Source: an uncultured Chloroflexia bacterium
GTDB taxonomy: Bacteria > Chloroflexota > Limnocylindria > QHBO01
Direction of reading: 5' to 3'
DNA: 64,000 nucleotides
NCBI GenBank assembly: GCA_963825525.1
Contig: CAWGTN010000001.1
Location: 160,001 to 224,000, forward strand
Shown piece by piece: positions 16,495 to 28,166 of this stretch (the stretch's first letter is position 1; each line of letters begins with the position of its first letter). A program made the position numbers and the translations under genes. The notes below the pieces were generated by a model. That model was given only the letters and a program-made list of their open reading frames with translations, did not search any database and was not told where the DNA came from.

Positions 16495-17162
16495 GCCCCG
16501 ACGCGAAGAAGCCCACACGGAGTCGCGCCGCATCGGCGACCAAGGCCGCATCGGCGACCAAGGCCGCACCGGCGCAGGACAAGGCACCGAAGAAGAACGG
16601 CGCCTATCGGAAGCCCGAGTACTCGGGGCTGCGCCAGCGGTACCACGACGAGATCGTGCCCGCCATGCAGCGCGAGTTCAGCTACCCGAATCCGATGCAG
16701 ATCCCTCACGTCGAGAAGGTCGTCGTGAACATCGGCCTGGGAGAGGCGATCGCCAACGCCAAGGCATTGGACGCGGCGGTCGGTGACCTCACCACGATCA
16801 CCGGGCAGAAGCCGATCGTGACCCGCGCCAAGCGGTCGATCGCGCAGTTCCGGCTGCGCACCGGGATGCCGATCGGCGCCAAGGTGACGCTGCGCGGACA
16901 GCGGATGTACGACTTCCTGGAGCGGACGCTCAACCTTGCGCTTCCGCGAATCCGGGACTTCCGCGGCATCCCGACCCGCTCGTTCGACGGTCGCGGCAAC
17001 TTCAGCCTCGGCCTGCGCGAGCAGCTCGTCTACCCCGAAATCGACTACGACAAGATCGACCGGCTGCGCGGGCTCGAGATCAGCATCGTGACGACGGCAA
17101 AGACCGATGAGGAGGGGCTGAAGCTCCTCGAACTCCTCGGCATGCCGTTCCAGGCGAACTAG
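16491..17162 (+). CDS. rplE: 50S ribosomal protein L5 with N-terminal extension
   Basis: [24 protein letters not shown]; GTG 16491 overlaps the rplX stop. Confidence 0.97.
   Translation: MSPDAKKPTRSRAASATKAASATKAAPAQDKAPKKNGAYRKPEYSGLRQRYHDEIVPAMQREFSYPNPMQIPHVEKVVVNIGLGEAIANAKALDAAVGDLTTITGQKPIVTRAKRSIAQFRLRTGMPIGAKVTLRGQRMYDFLERTLNLALPRIRDFRGIPTRSFDGRGNFSLGLREQLVYPEIDYDKIDRLRGLEISIVTTAKTDEEGLKLLELLGMPFQAN
16527..16562 (+). repeat. 18-nt tandem duplication (AASATK x2) in the rplE 5' extension
   Basis: gccgcatcggcgaccaag twice. Confidence 0.8.
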
Positions 17163-17173
17163 AGGAGCATCCT

Positions 17174-17359
17174 GTGGCCAAGAAGTCGAGCATCGCACGG
17201 TCGAAGCGCCCCGCGCGCTTCCCCGTCCGCGAGCACAACCGTTGCCAGGTCTGCGGCCGGCCGCGTGGCTATATGCGCCGATTCGCCATGTGCCGCATCT
17301 GCTTCCGGGAGCGAGCCCTGTTGGGCCAGCTGCCGGGCGTGACCAAGTCGAGCTGGTAA
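17174..17359 (+). CDS. rpsZ: 30S ribosomal protein S14, Zn-binding type Z
   Basis: 61 aa, RCQVCGRPR...[14 protein letters not shown]. Confidence 0.97.
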   Translation: MAKKSSIARSKRPARFPVREHNRCQVCGRPRGYMRRFAMCRICFRERALLGQLPGVTKSSW

Positions 17360-17465
17360 CCGCTCACCACCCCGAGGCCCGCCACGTGGCGGCCACCATC
17401 AGCGGAAGGCGCCACCCACCGAGAGGCAGGGAGCGAACCACCGCCGAGGAGAACAACGCGAACCA

Positions 17466-17864
17466 ATGAATGTGACCGACCCGATCGCCGACATGCTGAC
17501 GCGAATACGAAACGCCAGCGCGGCACGGCACAAGGACCTGAGCATGCCCTCGTCCAGGGTGAAGCGCGAGATCGCGCGGATCCTGACCGAGGAGGGCTTC
17601 ATCGACACGTACGAGACGAGCACCGAGGGCATCCAGGAGATGCTCACCATGCGCCTCAAGTACGTGGAGGGCCGAACGCCGGTCGTCACCGGTCTCAAGC
17701 GCATCAGCAAGCCGGGGCTGCGCGTCTACGCGCGCAAGACCGAGATCCCGCGGGTTCTCGGCGGCCTTGGGCTTGCCATCCTTTCCACCTCCCACGGGAT
17801 CATGACGGGCACCGATGCCCGGAAGCAGAATCTCGGTGGCGAGGTCCTGGCCTACGTCTGGTAG
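17466..17864 (+). CDS. rpsH: 30S ribosomal protein S8
   Basis: [30 protein letters not shown]. Confidence 0.99.
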   Translation: MNVTDPIADMLTRIRNASAARHKDLSMPSSRVKREIARILTEEGFIDTYETSTEGIQEMLTMRLKYVEGRTPVVTGLKRISKPGLRVYARKTEIPRVLGGLGLAILSTSHGIMTGTDARKQNLGGEVLAYVW

Positions 17865-17879
17865 AGGAGCGAACACCGC

Positions 17880-18425
17880 ATGTCCCGTATCGGACGAATG
17901 CCCATTCCGCTCCCATCGGGGGTGGAGATCACACAGGAAGGGCGCCGGCTGAGCGTCAAGGGCCCGCTGGGGCAGCTCGAACGCGAGCTGCACGCGGACA
18001 TGACCCTCGAGCGCGATGAAGGCATCCTGCGCGTCGTGCGCCCGACAGACGAGCCACGCCATCGGGCGTTGCACGGTCTGACGCGCACGCTCGTGAACAA
18101 CATGGTCACCGGCGTCACGACCGGCTTCACCAAGAACCTCGAGATCAGCGGCGTCGGGTACCGCGCCCAGCTCCAGGGTCAGAAGCTCGTGCTGGCGCTC
18201 GGGTACTCGCACCCCGTCGAGGTCGATCCGCCCGCCGGCATCGAGTTCCGTGTCGAGACGCCGACACGGCTCGGCGTCTTTGGCGCGGACAAGGAGCTCG
18301 TGGGCCAGATAGCCGCATACATCCGCTCGCAGCGAAAGCCGGAGCCGTACAAGGGCAAGGGCATTCGCTACGCCGGTGAGCAGATCCTCCGCAAGGCCGG
18401 CAAGGCCGGCAAGGTCGGGGGCTGA
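17880..18425 (+). CDS. rplF: 50S ribosomal protein L6
   Basis: [26 protein letters not shown]. Confidence 0.99.
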   Translation: MSRIGRMPIPLPSGVEITQEGRRLSVKGPLGQLERELHADMTLERDEGILRVVRPTDEPRHRALHGLTRTLVNNMVTGVTTGFTKNLEISGVGYRAQLQGQKLVLALGYSHPVEVDPPAGIEFRVETPTRLGVFGADKELVGQIAAYIRSQRKPEPYKGKGIRYAGEQILRKAGKAGKVGG

Positions 18426-18433
18426 GGATAAGC

Positions 18434-18787
18434 ATGAAGAACACGAATCGCGGCGCGCTGCGCCGCAAGCGCCACGAGCGCATCCGACTGCGCATCAGCG
18501 GCAGCACGGAGCGTCCGCGCCTGTCGGTCTTCCGCAGCGCGAAATACATCTATGCCCAGGTGATCGACGACTCCACCGGGCGCACCCTGGCCGCTGCTTC
18601 GAGCCAAGAGGCCGATCTCGGCGCGTCGACTCCGGTCGACACGGCGCGCTCGGTCGGCAAGGCCGTCGCCGAGCGGGCGAAGGCAGCCGGGGTCAGCGCC
18701 GTCGTGCTGGACCGGGGCGGTTACCAGTACCACGGGCGGGTCCGCTCGCTCGCCGAGGGCGCCCGCGAGGGCGGCCTCAACCTGTAG
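18434..18787 (+). CDS. rplR: 50S ribosomal protein L18
   Basis: [20 protein letters not shown]. Confidence 0.98.
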   Translation: MKNTNRGALRRKRHERIRLRISGSTERPRLSVFRSAKYIYAQVIDDSTGRTLAAASSQEADLGASTPVDTARSVGKAVAERAKAAGVSAVVLDRGGYQYHGRVRSLAEGAREGGLNL

Positions 18788-18802
18788 CGAGGAGATCTGC
18801 AT

Positions 18803-19393
18803 ATGGCACGCATCGATGCGTCCAAGCTCAACCTGGAGGAGAAGGTCGTCCAGATCAACCGCGTCGCGAAGGTCGTCCAGGGTGGCCGGCGCTTCAGCTT
18901 CAGTGCCGTGGTGGTCGTCGGTGACGGCAACGGCACCGTCGGCGCGGGGATCGGCAAGGCCGGCGAGGTTCCCGAGGCGATCCGCAAGGGCGTCGAGGAC
19001 GCCAAGAAGCACCTGATCAAGGTGCCGCTGGTCGGTTCGACGATCCCGCACGAGGTCCATCGTCACTTCGGCGCCTCGAAGGTCATGCTCAAGCCGGCCA
19101 GTGCCGGCACCGGTGTCATCGCCGGTGGATCGGTGCGCTCGGTCGTCGAGGCCGCGGGCATCCGGGACCTGCTGAGCAAGGCACAGGGATCGACCAATCC
19201 GATCAACGTCGTTCGCGCCACGATCGAGTGCCTGGCGGCGCTGCGTTCGGCCGATGTCATCGCCGCGCTGCGGGGACGGACCGCCGAGCAGCTCCTGGGC
19301 AAGCGCGGCGCCGAGCTGGCGCGCACGCCACACGAGATTCCGCCGCGGCGAGAGCCGATGAACAGCGGACCCGGAGGTGGACGTGGCCGCTAA
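18803..19393 (+). CDS. rpsE: 30S ribosomal protein S5
   Basis: [31 protein letters not shown]. Confidence 0.99.
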   Translation: MARIDASKLNLEEKVVQINRVAKVVQGGRRFSFSAVVVVGDGNGTVGAGIGKAGEVPEAIRKGVEDAKKHLIKVPLVGSTIPHEVHRHFGASKVMLKPASAGTGVIAGGSVRSVVEAAGIRDLLSKAQGSTNPINVVRATIECLAALRSADVIAALRGRTAEQLLGKRGAELARTPHEIPPRREPMNSGPGGGRGR

Positions 19394-19619
19394 GCGCAGC
19401 GACAAGAAGACCGGCCCGATGCTGACCGTGACGTGGACGAAATCCACCATCGGACATCGCGCGGCCGCGCGCGGAACGATCAGCGCGCTGGGACTCCATC
19501 GCCTGAATCAGTCCGTACAGGTCGCCGACACCCCGGTCATGCGGGGCATGCTCCGGCGCGTCGCCTTTCTGATCGAAGTCGAGGAGCCGGCGGCCACGAC
19601 ACAGGAGGAAACCAAGTGA
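19383..19619 (+). CDS. rpmD: 50S ribosomal protein L30
   Basis: [27 protein letters not shown]; GGAGG before GTG 19383. Confidence 0.93.
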   Translation: MAAKRSDKKTGPMLTVTWTKSTIGHRAAARGTISALGLHRLNQSVQVADTPVMRGMLRRVAFLIEVEEPAATTQEETK

Positions 19620-20300
19620 AGCTCCACGACCTGCACCCGGCTCCCGGGTCGCGGACGCCGTCCCGGAGGGTCGGCCGCGGCCACGGTTCGGGACGCGGCA
19701 AGACCGCGGGACGCGGAACCAAGGGCCAGAAGGCGCGAGCCGGCGGAGGCATCCCGGCCTGGTTCGAGGGTGGGCAGACCCCGCTCCACATCCGGACCCC
19801 GAAGCTGCATGGCTTCCGGAACCGGGACCGCATTCCCGTACGCCCCGCTCAACCTGGCGAAGATCGCCGAGGTCGAGAAGGGCACGCTCGTCACACCCGA
19901 TGTCCTTGCACACGACGGCCTGATCCGCGACACGAAGCTGCCGGTCAAGATCCTGGGTGTCGGCGACGCGCCGAAGGGGATCACGATCCACGCTCACGCG
20001 TTCAGCAAGAGCGCCCTGGACAAGCTGGCCGCCGCCGGGTCCACCGTTCAGCGCCTCAGCTGGCCGGACAACGCGCCGGTCGACGAGGAAGCCGAAGCAC
20101 AGGCGGCAGCCGATGCCGTCGCGCGTACCGAGGCTCGCCTGGCCAAGCGTGCCCGCAAGGGCAAGGGCAAGGGCAAGGGCGGCACTCCGCCCGCAGCAGC
20201 CGCCGCGGCAGATGTCGCCGATGAGCAGGCCACGTCAACCGACTCCTCCGCCGCGGGGAACGAAGAGCAGGCCGATGGCGAAAGCGGGCCGGAAGCTTGA
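19616..20300 (+). CDS. rplO: 50S ribosomal protein L15 (+1 insertion near 19836), extended C-terminus
   Basis: [29 protein letters not shown]; then VKILG...FSKSA in the next frame. Confidence 0.95.
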
Positions 20301-21584
20301 TCGAGACGGCCCTCACCGCCTTCCGGGCGCCGGACATCCGGCGCAAGGTGCTCTTCACGCTCGGGATCCTGCTGATCTTCCGGGCGCTGACGAACGTGCC
20401 GATTCCGAACGTGAACACGGCCGCCCTGAGCGACCTGTTCACGAACAACCCGTTGCTCGGGATCCTGAACATCTTCTCCGGAGGCGGCCTGGCGGCCGCA
20501 TCGGTCATCGGCCTCGGGGTGAACCCGTACATCAACTCGAGCATCGTCATGCAGCTCATGCGCGGCGTGATCCCGGCGCTCGAGGAGCTGAGTCGCGAGG
20601 GCGAGTACGGCCGCAACAAGATCAACCAGTACACGCGCATGCTGACCGTGCCGTTCGCCTTCGCCCAGGGCTATGGCATCAGCGTGCTGCTCAGCTCGAG
20701 CGGCGTCATTCCGTCGAACCCGCTCTTCAGCATCGAGACCCTCAGCCTGCTGCTCAGCTTCACGGCTGGCACCGTCCTCCTCATGTGGCTGGGCGAGCTC
20801 ATCAGTGAGAAGGGGCTGGGCAACGGCATCAGCTTCATCATCTTCGCCGGCATCGTCGGCAGCATCCCGCAGCAGGTCGGACCGATTCTGCAGGGACCGG
20901 ACTCGATCGCGCGGCTCATCCCGTTCGTCATCGTGGCGGTCGTGGTCGTGGCGGCGGTCGTCTTCATCAATGAGGGCCAGCGCCGCATCCCGGTGCAGTA
21001 CGCGAGCCGCGTCCGCGGCCGGCGCATGTACCAGGGCCAGACGCAGTACCTGCCGCTCAAGGTGACGATGGCCGGCGTCATCCCGATCATCTTCGCCGTC
21101 AGCATCCTGCTCTTCCCGGCGCAGATCGCCCAGTACTTCACCGCCAGCGACATCACCTGGGTGCGCGACGCGGCGAACTTCATCGCCACCAACCTCGACG
21201 GGCGGACGAACATTCCGGTCTACGGCGACGATGTACTTCCTGCTCGTCGTGTTCTTCACCTACTTCTACACGGCGTTCCAGTTCCGACCCGACCAGACCG
21301 CGGACTACCTGCGCAAGAACGGCGGGTTCATCCCCGGCATCCGTCCGGGCAAGCCGACCGAGGAGTTCCTGGGCCGGGTGACGAACCGCATCACGCTGGG
21401 CGGTGCGCTGTTCCTCGGCTTCATCGCGGTGCTGCCGTTCATCGTGACGGCCGCGATCCCGGGCACGAACAACCTGCAGCTCGGCGGGACCAGCATCCTG
21501 ATCATGGTCAGCGTGGTGGTCGAGACGATGAAGCAGCTCGAGGCGCAGATGATGATGCGCCACTACGAGGGCTTCATCAGGTGA
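20297..21584 (+). CDS. secY: Preprotein translocase SecY (+1 insertion near 21227)
   Basis: LGVNPYINSSI, WLGELISEKGLGNGIS; FIPGIRPGKPT and LGGTSILIMV in the next frame. Confidence 0.97.
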
Positions 21585-22277
21585 CCGACGAGCCCGTGCG
21601 CGGACCGTGGTGACGAGCGCCTGATCCTCCTCCTGGTCGGCGCCGTGGGCGCCGGCAAGGGGACCCAGGCCGGCATCCTGTCGCGCGAGCTCGGGCTGGT
21701 GCACCTGGCATCGGGCAACCTGTTCCGGGCGGCACTCGCCGCGGGAACCGAGCTCGGCGAGGCGGCCCGCGAGTACATGGAGGCGGGCGAGCTCGTACCC
21801 GATGAGCTCACGATCGCCATGTTCATGGAGGAGCTGGCCCGGCCCGCCGCCGATGCCGGCGCCATCCTCGACGGGTTTCCGCGAACCGTGGGGCAGGCCA
21901 AGGCACTGGACGACACGCTGGCCGCCGCGGGGGAGCGGATTCGCCGCGTGCTGTACATCGAAGTCCCGACCGAGAAGCTGGTTCGGCGGGTCGCCGGCCG
22001 ATGGGTGTGCCCGCAGTGCGGCACCCCGTACCACGAGGACACCGACCCACCGCGCGTCGCGGGCGTCTGCGATCGGGACGGCACCGTGCTGCGCCAGCGT
22101 GACGATGACCGTCCGGAGGTCGTGCGCGCGCGGCTCGACAAGCAGGTGCCGCCGATGCTGGCCGTGGTCGAGCACTACGAGCGAGTGGGGATCGTCGATC
22201 GGTTGGATGGGACGCAGTCGATCGAGGCCGTGACCGCAGCGATCCTGGCGAGCATCGGCACGCCGGCGGCTCGCTGA
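21581..22277 (+). CDS. adk: Adenylate kinase (probable +1 insertion near 21599)
   Basis: P-loop GAVGAGKGT, LDGFPRT, LID CPQC...CDRD, QRDDD; the ORF-track start 21645 falls inside the P-loop. Confidence 0.95.
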
Positions 22278-22282
22278 TCCGG

Positions 22283-23065
22283 ATGGGCATGAGAACGCCA
22301 GGCGCGGTCACCATCAAGCGAGCGTCGGAGATCGACCAGATGCGCGGAGCCGGACGCATCCTGGCAGGCATCCTCGACATCCTGCACGCCGAGCTTCGGC
22401 CCGGCATCACCACGGGCGACCTGGACGCCATTGCCGAGCGAATGATCCGGGATGCCGGCGCCATCCCCTCGTTCAAGGGATACGGCACCAATCCGCCGTT
22501 CCCGGGATCGATCTGCGCCAGCGTCAACGACGAGGTCGTCCACGGGATCCCATCTCGGCGCCGCCGGCTGGCCGCGGGCGATGTCGTCAGCATCGACATC
22601 GGTTGCATCCTCGATGGCTGGCACGCTGACTGCGCCCGCACCTGGATCATCGGCGATGTGCCGCCCGAGGTCTCCGCGCTGGTCGATGCGACGCGCCGCG
22701 GCATGGAGGCGGGCATCGCGGCCGCGCGGCCGGGCAACCGCCTGGGTGATATCGGCCACGCCATCGAGACCGTGGCGCACGAGCGTGGGTATGGCATCGT
22801 CCGGCCCTTCGTCGGGCACGGCATCGGCCGCTCCATGCACGAGGATCCGCAGGTTCCGAACTACGGCGCCCCGGGAACGGGACTTCGCATCGAGGCCGGG
22901 ATGTGCTTCGCGATCGAGCCGATGTTCACGTTGGGCCGCGACGACGTGTTCGTGGCCGATGACAACTGGACCGTGCGGACCTCCGACGCCAGCCTGGCGG
23001 CCCATTTCGAGAACACGATCGCGGTGACCGAGGGAGGTCCCGAGATCCTCACCGAGCGCCCATGA
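22283..23065 (+). CDS. map: Methionine aminopeptidase type I
   Basis: [34 protein letters not shown]. Confidence 0.98.
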   Translation: MGMRTPGAVTIKRASEIDQMRGAGRILAGILDILHAELRPGITTGDLDAIAERMIRDAGAIPSFKGYGTNPPFPGSICASVNDEVVHGIPSRRRRLAAGDVVSIDIGCILDGWHADCARTWIIGDVPPEVSALVDATRRGMEAGIAAARPGNRLGDIGHAIETVAHERGYGIVRPFVGHGIGRSMHEDPQVPNYGAPGTGLRIEAGMCFAIEPMFTLGRDDVFVADDNWTVRTSDASLAAHFENTIAVTEGGPEILTERP

Positions 23066-23071
23066 CCCGCC

Positions 23072-23101
23072 TTGTACGACCTGGGCGGCTTGGGGTATAC
23101 T
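23072..23101 (+). promoter_or_regulatory. Internal promoter upstream of infA / alpha operon
   Basis: TTGTAC(23072-77)-18 nt-TATACT(23096-101). Confidence 0.7.
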
Positions 23102-23189
23102 CTCCGTTCCGTGGGTCGCCCTGTGCGGCGGCCTTTTCGCGTGTCGGTCCCATTGCAATGAATCAACGCTGAACGAGGTTGCGTGTCGC

Positions 23190-23408
23190 TTGCCAAAGAA
23201 GGATGCCATTGAGGTCGAGGGAGAGGTCGTTCTCCCCCTGCCGAACGCGATGTTCAAGGTGCGCCTGGAGAACGGGCACGAGGTGCTCGCACACATCTCC
23301 GGGAAGCTGCGCCAGAACTTCATCCGCATCCTGCCCGGTGACACCGTCCGCGTTGAGCTTTCCCCCTATGACCTCACCCGGGGTCGCATCACGTACAGGA
23401 TGAGATGA
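23190..23408 (+). CDS. infA: Translation initiation factor IF-1
   Basis: [30 protein letters not shown]. Confidence 0.99.
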   Translation: MPKKDAIEVEGEVVLPLPNAMFKVRLENGHEVLAHISGKLRQNFIRILPGDTVRVELSPYDLTRGRITYRMR

Positions 23409-23518
23409 AAGTTTCTGCATCCGTGAAGCCCCGCTGCGAGCGCTGCAAGGTCATCAAGCGCTCCGGTGTGGTCATGGTCATCTGCGTCGTTCCCAAGCAC
23501 AAGCAGCGGCAGGGCTAG
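23405..23518 (+). CDS. rpmJ: 50S ribosomal protein L36 (not in ORF track)
   Basis: Translated by hand: [37 protein letters not shown]. Confidence 0.97.
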   Translation: MKVSASVKPRCERCKVIKRSGVVMVICVVPKHKQRQG

Positions 23519-23525
23519 GAGGATC

Positions 23526-23897
23526 GTGGCACGTATCTCCGGCGTCGATATTCCCCGCGAGAAGCGGGTGATCATCAGCCTCACCTACATCCACGGCATC
23601 GGCCCGACATCGGCCTCCAAGGTCATCACGGCGGCGAACGTGTCACCCGACACCCGCGTCCGTGACCTGACCGAAGAGGAGGTCAACCGCCTCCGCGAGG
23701 TGGTCGATCGCCAGTTCAAGGTGGAGGGAGACCTCCGCCGCGAAGTCAGCCTCAACGTCAAGCGCCTGATGGAGATCGGCTCGTATCGCGGGCTGCGTCA
23801 TCGCCGCAACCTGCCGGTCCGCGGGCAGCGCACCAAGACAAATGCACGGCAGCGCCGAGGTCCCAAGAAGACCGTCGGCATCCGCCGCAAGAAGTAA
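23526..23897 (+). CDS. rpsM: 30S ribosomal protein S13
   Basis: [31 protein letters not shown]; AGGAGG RBS. Confidence 0.99.
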   Translation: MARISGVDIPREKRVIISLTYIHGIGPTSASKVITAANVSPDTRVRDLTEEEVNRLREVVDRQFKVEGDLRREVSLNVKRLMEIGSYRGLRHRRNLPVRGQRTKTNARQRRGPKKTVGIRRKK

Positions 23898-23907
23898 CGG
23901 GAGTTCC

Positions 23908-24303
23908 ATGGCAGAGCGTAAGCGCACGCAGCGCGGCAAGAAGCGCGAGCGAAAGAACGTGCCGACGGGGCACGCGCACATCCAGTCGACGTTCAACAAC
24001 ACGATCGTGACCATCACCGACACGACCGGGAACGTCATCAGCTGGGGCAGCGCGGGCCTGGTCGGCTTCAAGGGCTCCCGCAAGAGCACGCCGTATGCGG
24101 CCGCGCAGACCGCGGACATCGCGGCAAAGCGCGCGATGGAGAACGGCATGCGCCAGATCGAGGTCTTCGTCAAAGGCCCGGGTGGCGGCCGTGAGCAGGC
24201 CATTCGCTCGCTCCAGACGGCCGGGCTCGAAGTGACGGCCATCACGGATGTGACTCCCATCCCGCACAACGGCTGCCGCCCGCCCAAGCGGCGCCGGGTC
24301 TGA
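23908..24303 (+). CDS. rpsK: 30S ribosomal protein S11
   Basis: [33 protein letters not shown]. Confidence 0.99.
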   Translation: MAERKRTQRGKKRERKNVPTGHAHIQSTFNNTIVTITDTTGNVISWGSAGLVGFKGSRKSTPYAAAQTADIAAKRAMENGMRQIEVFVKGPGGGREQAIRSLQTAGLEVTAITDVTPIPHNGCRPPKRRRV

Positions 24304-24319
24304 GAGGGGATCGAACAAC

Positions 24320-24946
24320 ATGGCACGCTACAACGACGCCGTCTGCCGCATCTGCCGCCGCGAAGGGCTGAAGCTCTTCCTCAAGGGCAGCCGGTGCTAC
24401 AGCCGCAAATGCGCCTTCGAGCGCCGCAGCACCCCGCCGGGCATGAACACCATGCGCCGTCGCAAGGTGAGCGAGTACGGCCTCCAGCTTCGCGAGAAGC
24501 AGAAGGTGCGGAAGAGCTACTCGGTGCTCGAGCGCCAGTTCCGCAACTATTTCGCCAAGGCCGAACAGCACAAGGGCATGACCGGCGAGAACCTGCTGCG
24601 TCTCCTCGAGATGCGGCTGGACAACGTCGTGTTCCGAATGGGCTTTGCGTCCAGTCGAGCACAGGCACGCCAGCTCGTCAGCCATGGCCATTTCGCGGTC
24701 AACGGGCGCCCCACCAACATCCCGAGCTTCGGCGTCTCCGTGGGTGACCGGGTCGAGGTCCGTGACAGCCGACGCGGTCGCGAATTCTTCAAGATCGCCC
24801 CCGAGACGATGAAGGCGGCGCAGGTCCCCGAATGGGTGAGCGCCGACCCGTCGAAGCTTTCCGGAACCGTTCTCGCCGAACCGGCGCGCGAGCAGATGCC
24901 GCTCGAATTCAACGAGCAGCTCGTCGTCGAGTACTACTCGCGCTAG
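24320..24946 (+). CDS. rpsD: 30S ribosomal protein S4 (Cys-containing type)
   Basis: [33 protein letters not shown]. Confidence 0.99.
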   Translation: MARYNDAVCRICRREGLKLFLKGSRCYSRKCAFERRSTPPGMNTMRRRKVSEYGLQLREKQKVRKSYSVLERQFRNYFAKAEQHKGMTGENLLRLLEMRLDNVVFRMGFASSRAQARQLVSHGHFAVNGRPTNIPSFGVSVGDRVEVRDSRRGREFFKIAPETMKAAQVPEWVSADPSKLSGTVLAEPAREQMPLEFNEQLVVEYYSR

Positions 24947-24962
24947 GAGCCTGATCCTTCCC

Positions 24963-25997
24963 ATGATCGAACTAGAAACCCCCCAGCCGATCCAGGCGCC
25001 CGATCCGCACATCGAAGAGGTGCACGCGGAGGGCAACGTGGGTCGCTTCGAGGTCACGCCCCTTCAGGAGGGGTATGGCATGACGCTCGGCAACAGCCTG
25101 CGTCGCGTGCTGCTCAGCTCGCTGGACGGCGCGGCCGTGACCAGCGTGCAGATCCACGGCGTGTTCCACGAGTTCAGCACCATCGAGAACGTCAAGGAAG
25201 ACGTCACCCAGATCGTGCTGAACGTGAAGAAGCTGCGTCTCCGCTCCTTCGCGCGTCACGCCGTCACGCTGAAGCTCGCAAAGCGCGGCGCCGGACCGGT
25301 GACCGCCGCGGACATCGCCGAGTCGGCCGACGTCGAGATCGTCAATCCCGATCTCGTGATCCTGACGCTCGACTCGGACTCCGGCGCCATCGAGATGGAC
25401 CTCACCGTGGAGACCGGCATGGGCTACCAGCCCGCCGAGCACACGGAGGACATGCCCATCGGCGTCGTGCCGGTGGACGCGATCTTCTCTCCCGTGCGCC
25501 GCGTGAACTACCAGGTCGAGAAGACCCGCGTCGGCCAGATGACCAACTACGACAAGCTGACCCTGGAGATCGAGACCGACGGCACCACGACAGCGCAGTC
25601 CGCGTTGAGCCAGGCGGCCGAGATCCTGGTCCGTGAGTTCAGCCGTTTCACCGAGGTCGGCCGACCGTCGGTGGCCGCCGAGTCGGCTGCCCCCACGGCT
25701 CCGAGTGCGAACCTGCTGGATGCGCCGATCGAGGAGCTCGATCTGCCGATGCGGGCCTATAACAGCCTCAAGCGCAACAGCATCACGAAGATCGGCCAGG
25801 TCCTCTCACTCAGCGATGACGAGTTCCTGCGGATGCGCAACTTCGGACAGAAGAGCCTGGATGAGCTGAAGGAGCGACTGGCGCTTCGTGGCTTCATCGC
25901 GCCGGAGGCAACTTCGATGAGCAGCGACGAGTCGGACATCCCGGCCTCCGCCGAGCTCGACGAGGCCGCGGCCGCAGAGCTCGACCGGGAGTCCTGA
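24963..25997 (+). CDS. rpoA: RNA polymerase alpha subunit
   Basis: GYGMTLGNSLRRVLLSS, PVDAIFSPV, alpha-CTD RNFGQKSL. Confidence 0.99.
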   Translation: MIELETPQPIQAPDPHIEEVHAEGNVGRFEVTPLQEGYGMTLGNSLRRVLLSSLDGAAVTSVQIHGVFHEFSTIENVKEDVTQIVLNVKKLRLRSFARHAVTLKLAKRGAGPVTAADIAESADVEIVNPDLVILTLDSDSGAIEMDLTVETGMGYQPAEHTEDMPIGVVPVDAIFSPVRRVNYQVEKTRVGQMTNYDKLTLEIETDGTTTAQSALSQAAEILVREFSRFTEVGRPSVAAESAAPTAPSANLLDAPIEELDLPMRAYNSLKRNSITKIGQVLSLSDDEFLRMRNFGQKSLDELKERLALRGFIAPEATSMSSDESDIPASAELDEAAAAELDRES

Positions 25998-26001
25998 ACC
26001 G

Positions 26002-26355
26002 ATGCCGCATCGCATTGCCGGGCGAAAGCTCAGCCGCACGCACGCGCATCGGGTCTCGATGCTCGGCAATCTCGCCGTATCGATCATCCGCTACGAGAAG
26101 GTCAAGACCACCGAGGCGAAGGCCAAGGAGGTTCGTGGGATGGTCGACGGGATGATCACGCTCGCGAAGCGCGGTGACCTTCACGCGCGCCGACAGCTCG
26201 TGTCGAAGATGCCGCACGAGCCGCTCATCGTCGAGAAGCTCATGTCCGAGATCGCCGGCAAGTATGCCGACCGGACCTCGGGCTACACGCGCATCGTCAA
26301 GCTGGGACAGCGTCCCGGCGACAGCGCATCCATGGTCCAGATCGAGCTCGTCTGA
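26002..26355 (+). CDS. rplQ: 50S ribosomal protein L17
   Basis: GRKLSR, TTEAKAKE, GYTRIVKLG. Confidence 0.98.
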   Translation: MPHRIAGRKLSRTHAHRVSMLGNLAVSIIRYEKVKTTEAKAKEVRGMVDGMITLAKRGDLHARRQLVSKMPHEPLIVEKLMSEIAGKYADRTSGYTRIVKLGQRPGDSASMVQIELV

Positions 26356-26386
26356 GGACGGGCAAACTCAATACCGAACCGATCCG

Positions 26387-27232
26387 ATGATGCCGGCCGC
26401 ACCTCGTGTGCTCAAGGCGGTCATCGAATACGACGGAACGGCCTTCGCCGGCTCGCAGGTCCAGCCAAATGCTCGGACCGTGCAGGGGGAGCTGGAGGAG
26501 GCGCTTAACAGGCTGATCGGCGTTCGGACGAAAGTCCGGCTCGCCGGGCGAACCGATGCCGGGGTGCATGCCACCGGCCAGGTCGCGGCATTCCAACTCC
26601 CTCGCGAGTTTGCGCAGGAGGGCGGACTGCCGGGGCTGCAGCAACGCGTGAACGCGGCGCTGCCGCCCGACCTGACCGTGCGTGCTCTGCGGGAGGCGGC
26701 GCCGGGCTTCGACCCGAGGCGCGACGCGCGCTGGCGCGTCTACCGCTACCGGATCCTCACGAACGGGGCCAGGCATCCGCTCGATCGACATCGGACGCTC
26801 GAGATCGACGAGACGCTCGACATCGAGGCCATGCGCGCGGCCGCCGAGCGCATGCTGGGAGAGCGGGACTTCGCCGCGATGGGCGCCGATGCGCACGGGC
26901 GGACCGTCCGCCATCTCGCCGACCTGCGGGTGACCCGGCGCGGGGACCTCGTCGAGGTCCGCGCAACGGCGAACGCGTTTCTGCGACGCATGGTGCGCAG
27001 CATCGTGGCCGTCCTGCTCGAAGTCGGGCGAGGACGGATCGCCCCCGCGTCCGTGGACCGGATGATGGGCGATGACCGTCGGGCACTCCACGGCCGCACG
27101 GCACCGCCGCACGGTCTGACGCTCGAGCGCATCGTCTACCGATCAGCCAATGAACCGAAGAACGAACGAGCGCCGGACCGCCGAGGGCCGGTGCGCAGTA
27201 ACCAAGGCAAGCCGGAGAGCACATCAACGTGA
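26387..27232 (+). CDS. truA: tRNA pseudouridine(38-40) synthase
   Basis: [39 protein letters not shown]. Confidence 0.96.
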   Translation: MMPAAPRVLKAVIEYDGTAFAGSQVQPNARTVQGELEEALNRLIGVRTKVRLAGRTDAGVHATGQVAAFQLPREFAQEGGLPGLQQRVNAALPPDLTVRALREAAPGFDPRRDARWRVYRYRILTNGARHPLDRHRTLEIDETLDIEAMRAAAERMLGERDFAAMGADAHGRTVRHLADLRVTRRGDLVEVRATANAFLRRMVRSIVAVLLEVGRGRIAPASVDRMMGDDRRALHGRTAPPHGLTLERIVYRSANEPKNERAPDRRGPVRSNQGKPESTST

Positions 27233-27657
27233 AGACCTACGCCGTCAAGGCAGGCGAGATCGAGCGCAGCTGGTGGGTCGTCGATGCGACCGGTCAGACG
27301 CTGGGCCGGCTTGCTACCCGCATCGCCACCCTGCTCGAGGGCAAGCACAAGCCGATCTACACGCCGCACCTCGACACCGGTGATCACGTGGTCGTCCTCA
27401 ACGCGGGGAAGATCAAGGTGACCGGAGACAAGCTGAAGCAGAAGAGCTACTTCCGCCACTCGAACTACCCGGGCGGCCTCCGCGAGGAGTCGCTCGAGAC
27501 GTTGCTCGAGCGCAAGCCCGAGCTGGTCATCGAGCGCGCGGTCAAGGGAATGCTGCCCCAGAACCGTCTCGGCCGGGCCATGTACAAGAAGCTGAAGGTC
27601 TACAGCGGCGCGGACCATCCGCACCAGGCTCAGCAGCCTACCGCTGTCGAGCTGTAA
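27229..27657 (+). CDS. rplM: 50S ribosomal protein L13
   Basis: [22 protein letters not shown]. Confidence 0.99.
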   Translation: MKTYAVKAGEIERSWWVVDATGQTLGRLATRIATLLEGKHKPIYTPHLDTGDHVVVLNAGKIKVTGDKLKQKSYFRHSNYPGGLREESLETLLERKPELVIERAVKGMLPQNRLGRAMYKKLKVYSGADHPHQAQQPTAVEL

Positions 27658-27670
27658 GAGAGGACGATCC

Positions 27671-28063
27671 GTGAGCACGAACTACGTCTACGGCACCGGG
27701 CGGCGCAAGACCGCGGTCGCGCGCGTTCGCCTGCTGCCCGGCGACGGCAGCATCATCGTCAACGGCAAGACCGCGGCCGACTACTTCGGCGGGGTTGCCC
27801 GGGACGGCGGCATGCTGCTCCCGTTCCGCGTGACCGAGACCGAGGGCCGCTACTCGGCCAGCGTCCTCGTGGCGGGCGGTGGCGTTTCCGGCCAGGTCGG
27901 GGCGATCCGTCACGGCATCGCTCGAGCGTTGCTGCGAGCACATCCCGACGCGCGAGCAGCGTTGCGCGAGGCAGGCCTGCTGACCCGCGACCCGCGGGCC
28001 AAGGAGCGCAAGAAGTACGGTCTCAAGCGGGCCCGCAAGGCGCCGCAGTACACCAAGCGCTAG
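27671..28063 (+). CDS. rpsI: 30S ribosomal protein S9
   Basis: [32 protein letters not shown]. Confidence 0.99.
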   Translation: MSTNYVYGTGRRKTAVARVRLLPGDGSIIVNGKTAADYFGGVARDGGMLLPFRVTETEGRYSASVLVAGGGVSGQVGAIRHGIARALLRAHPDARAALREAGLLTRDPRAKERKKYGLKRARKAPQYTKR

Positions 28064-28086
28064 GCATCAGCCACGCGTCGTCAGCA

Positions 28087-28117
28087 GGGAGCCCCGGCCG
28101 TGCAGCCGGGGCTCTTT
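28087..28117 (+). terminator. Intrinsic terminator after rpsI
   Basis: gagccccggc-cgtgca-gccggggctc followed by ttt. Confidence 0.75.
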
Positions 28118-28166
28118 GGTACCATCGGCCCCTCCGCTCCACAGCAACGCAGGCCATACTGACCTC

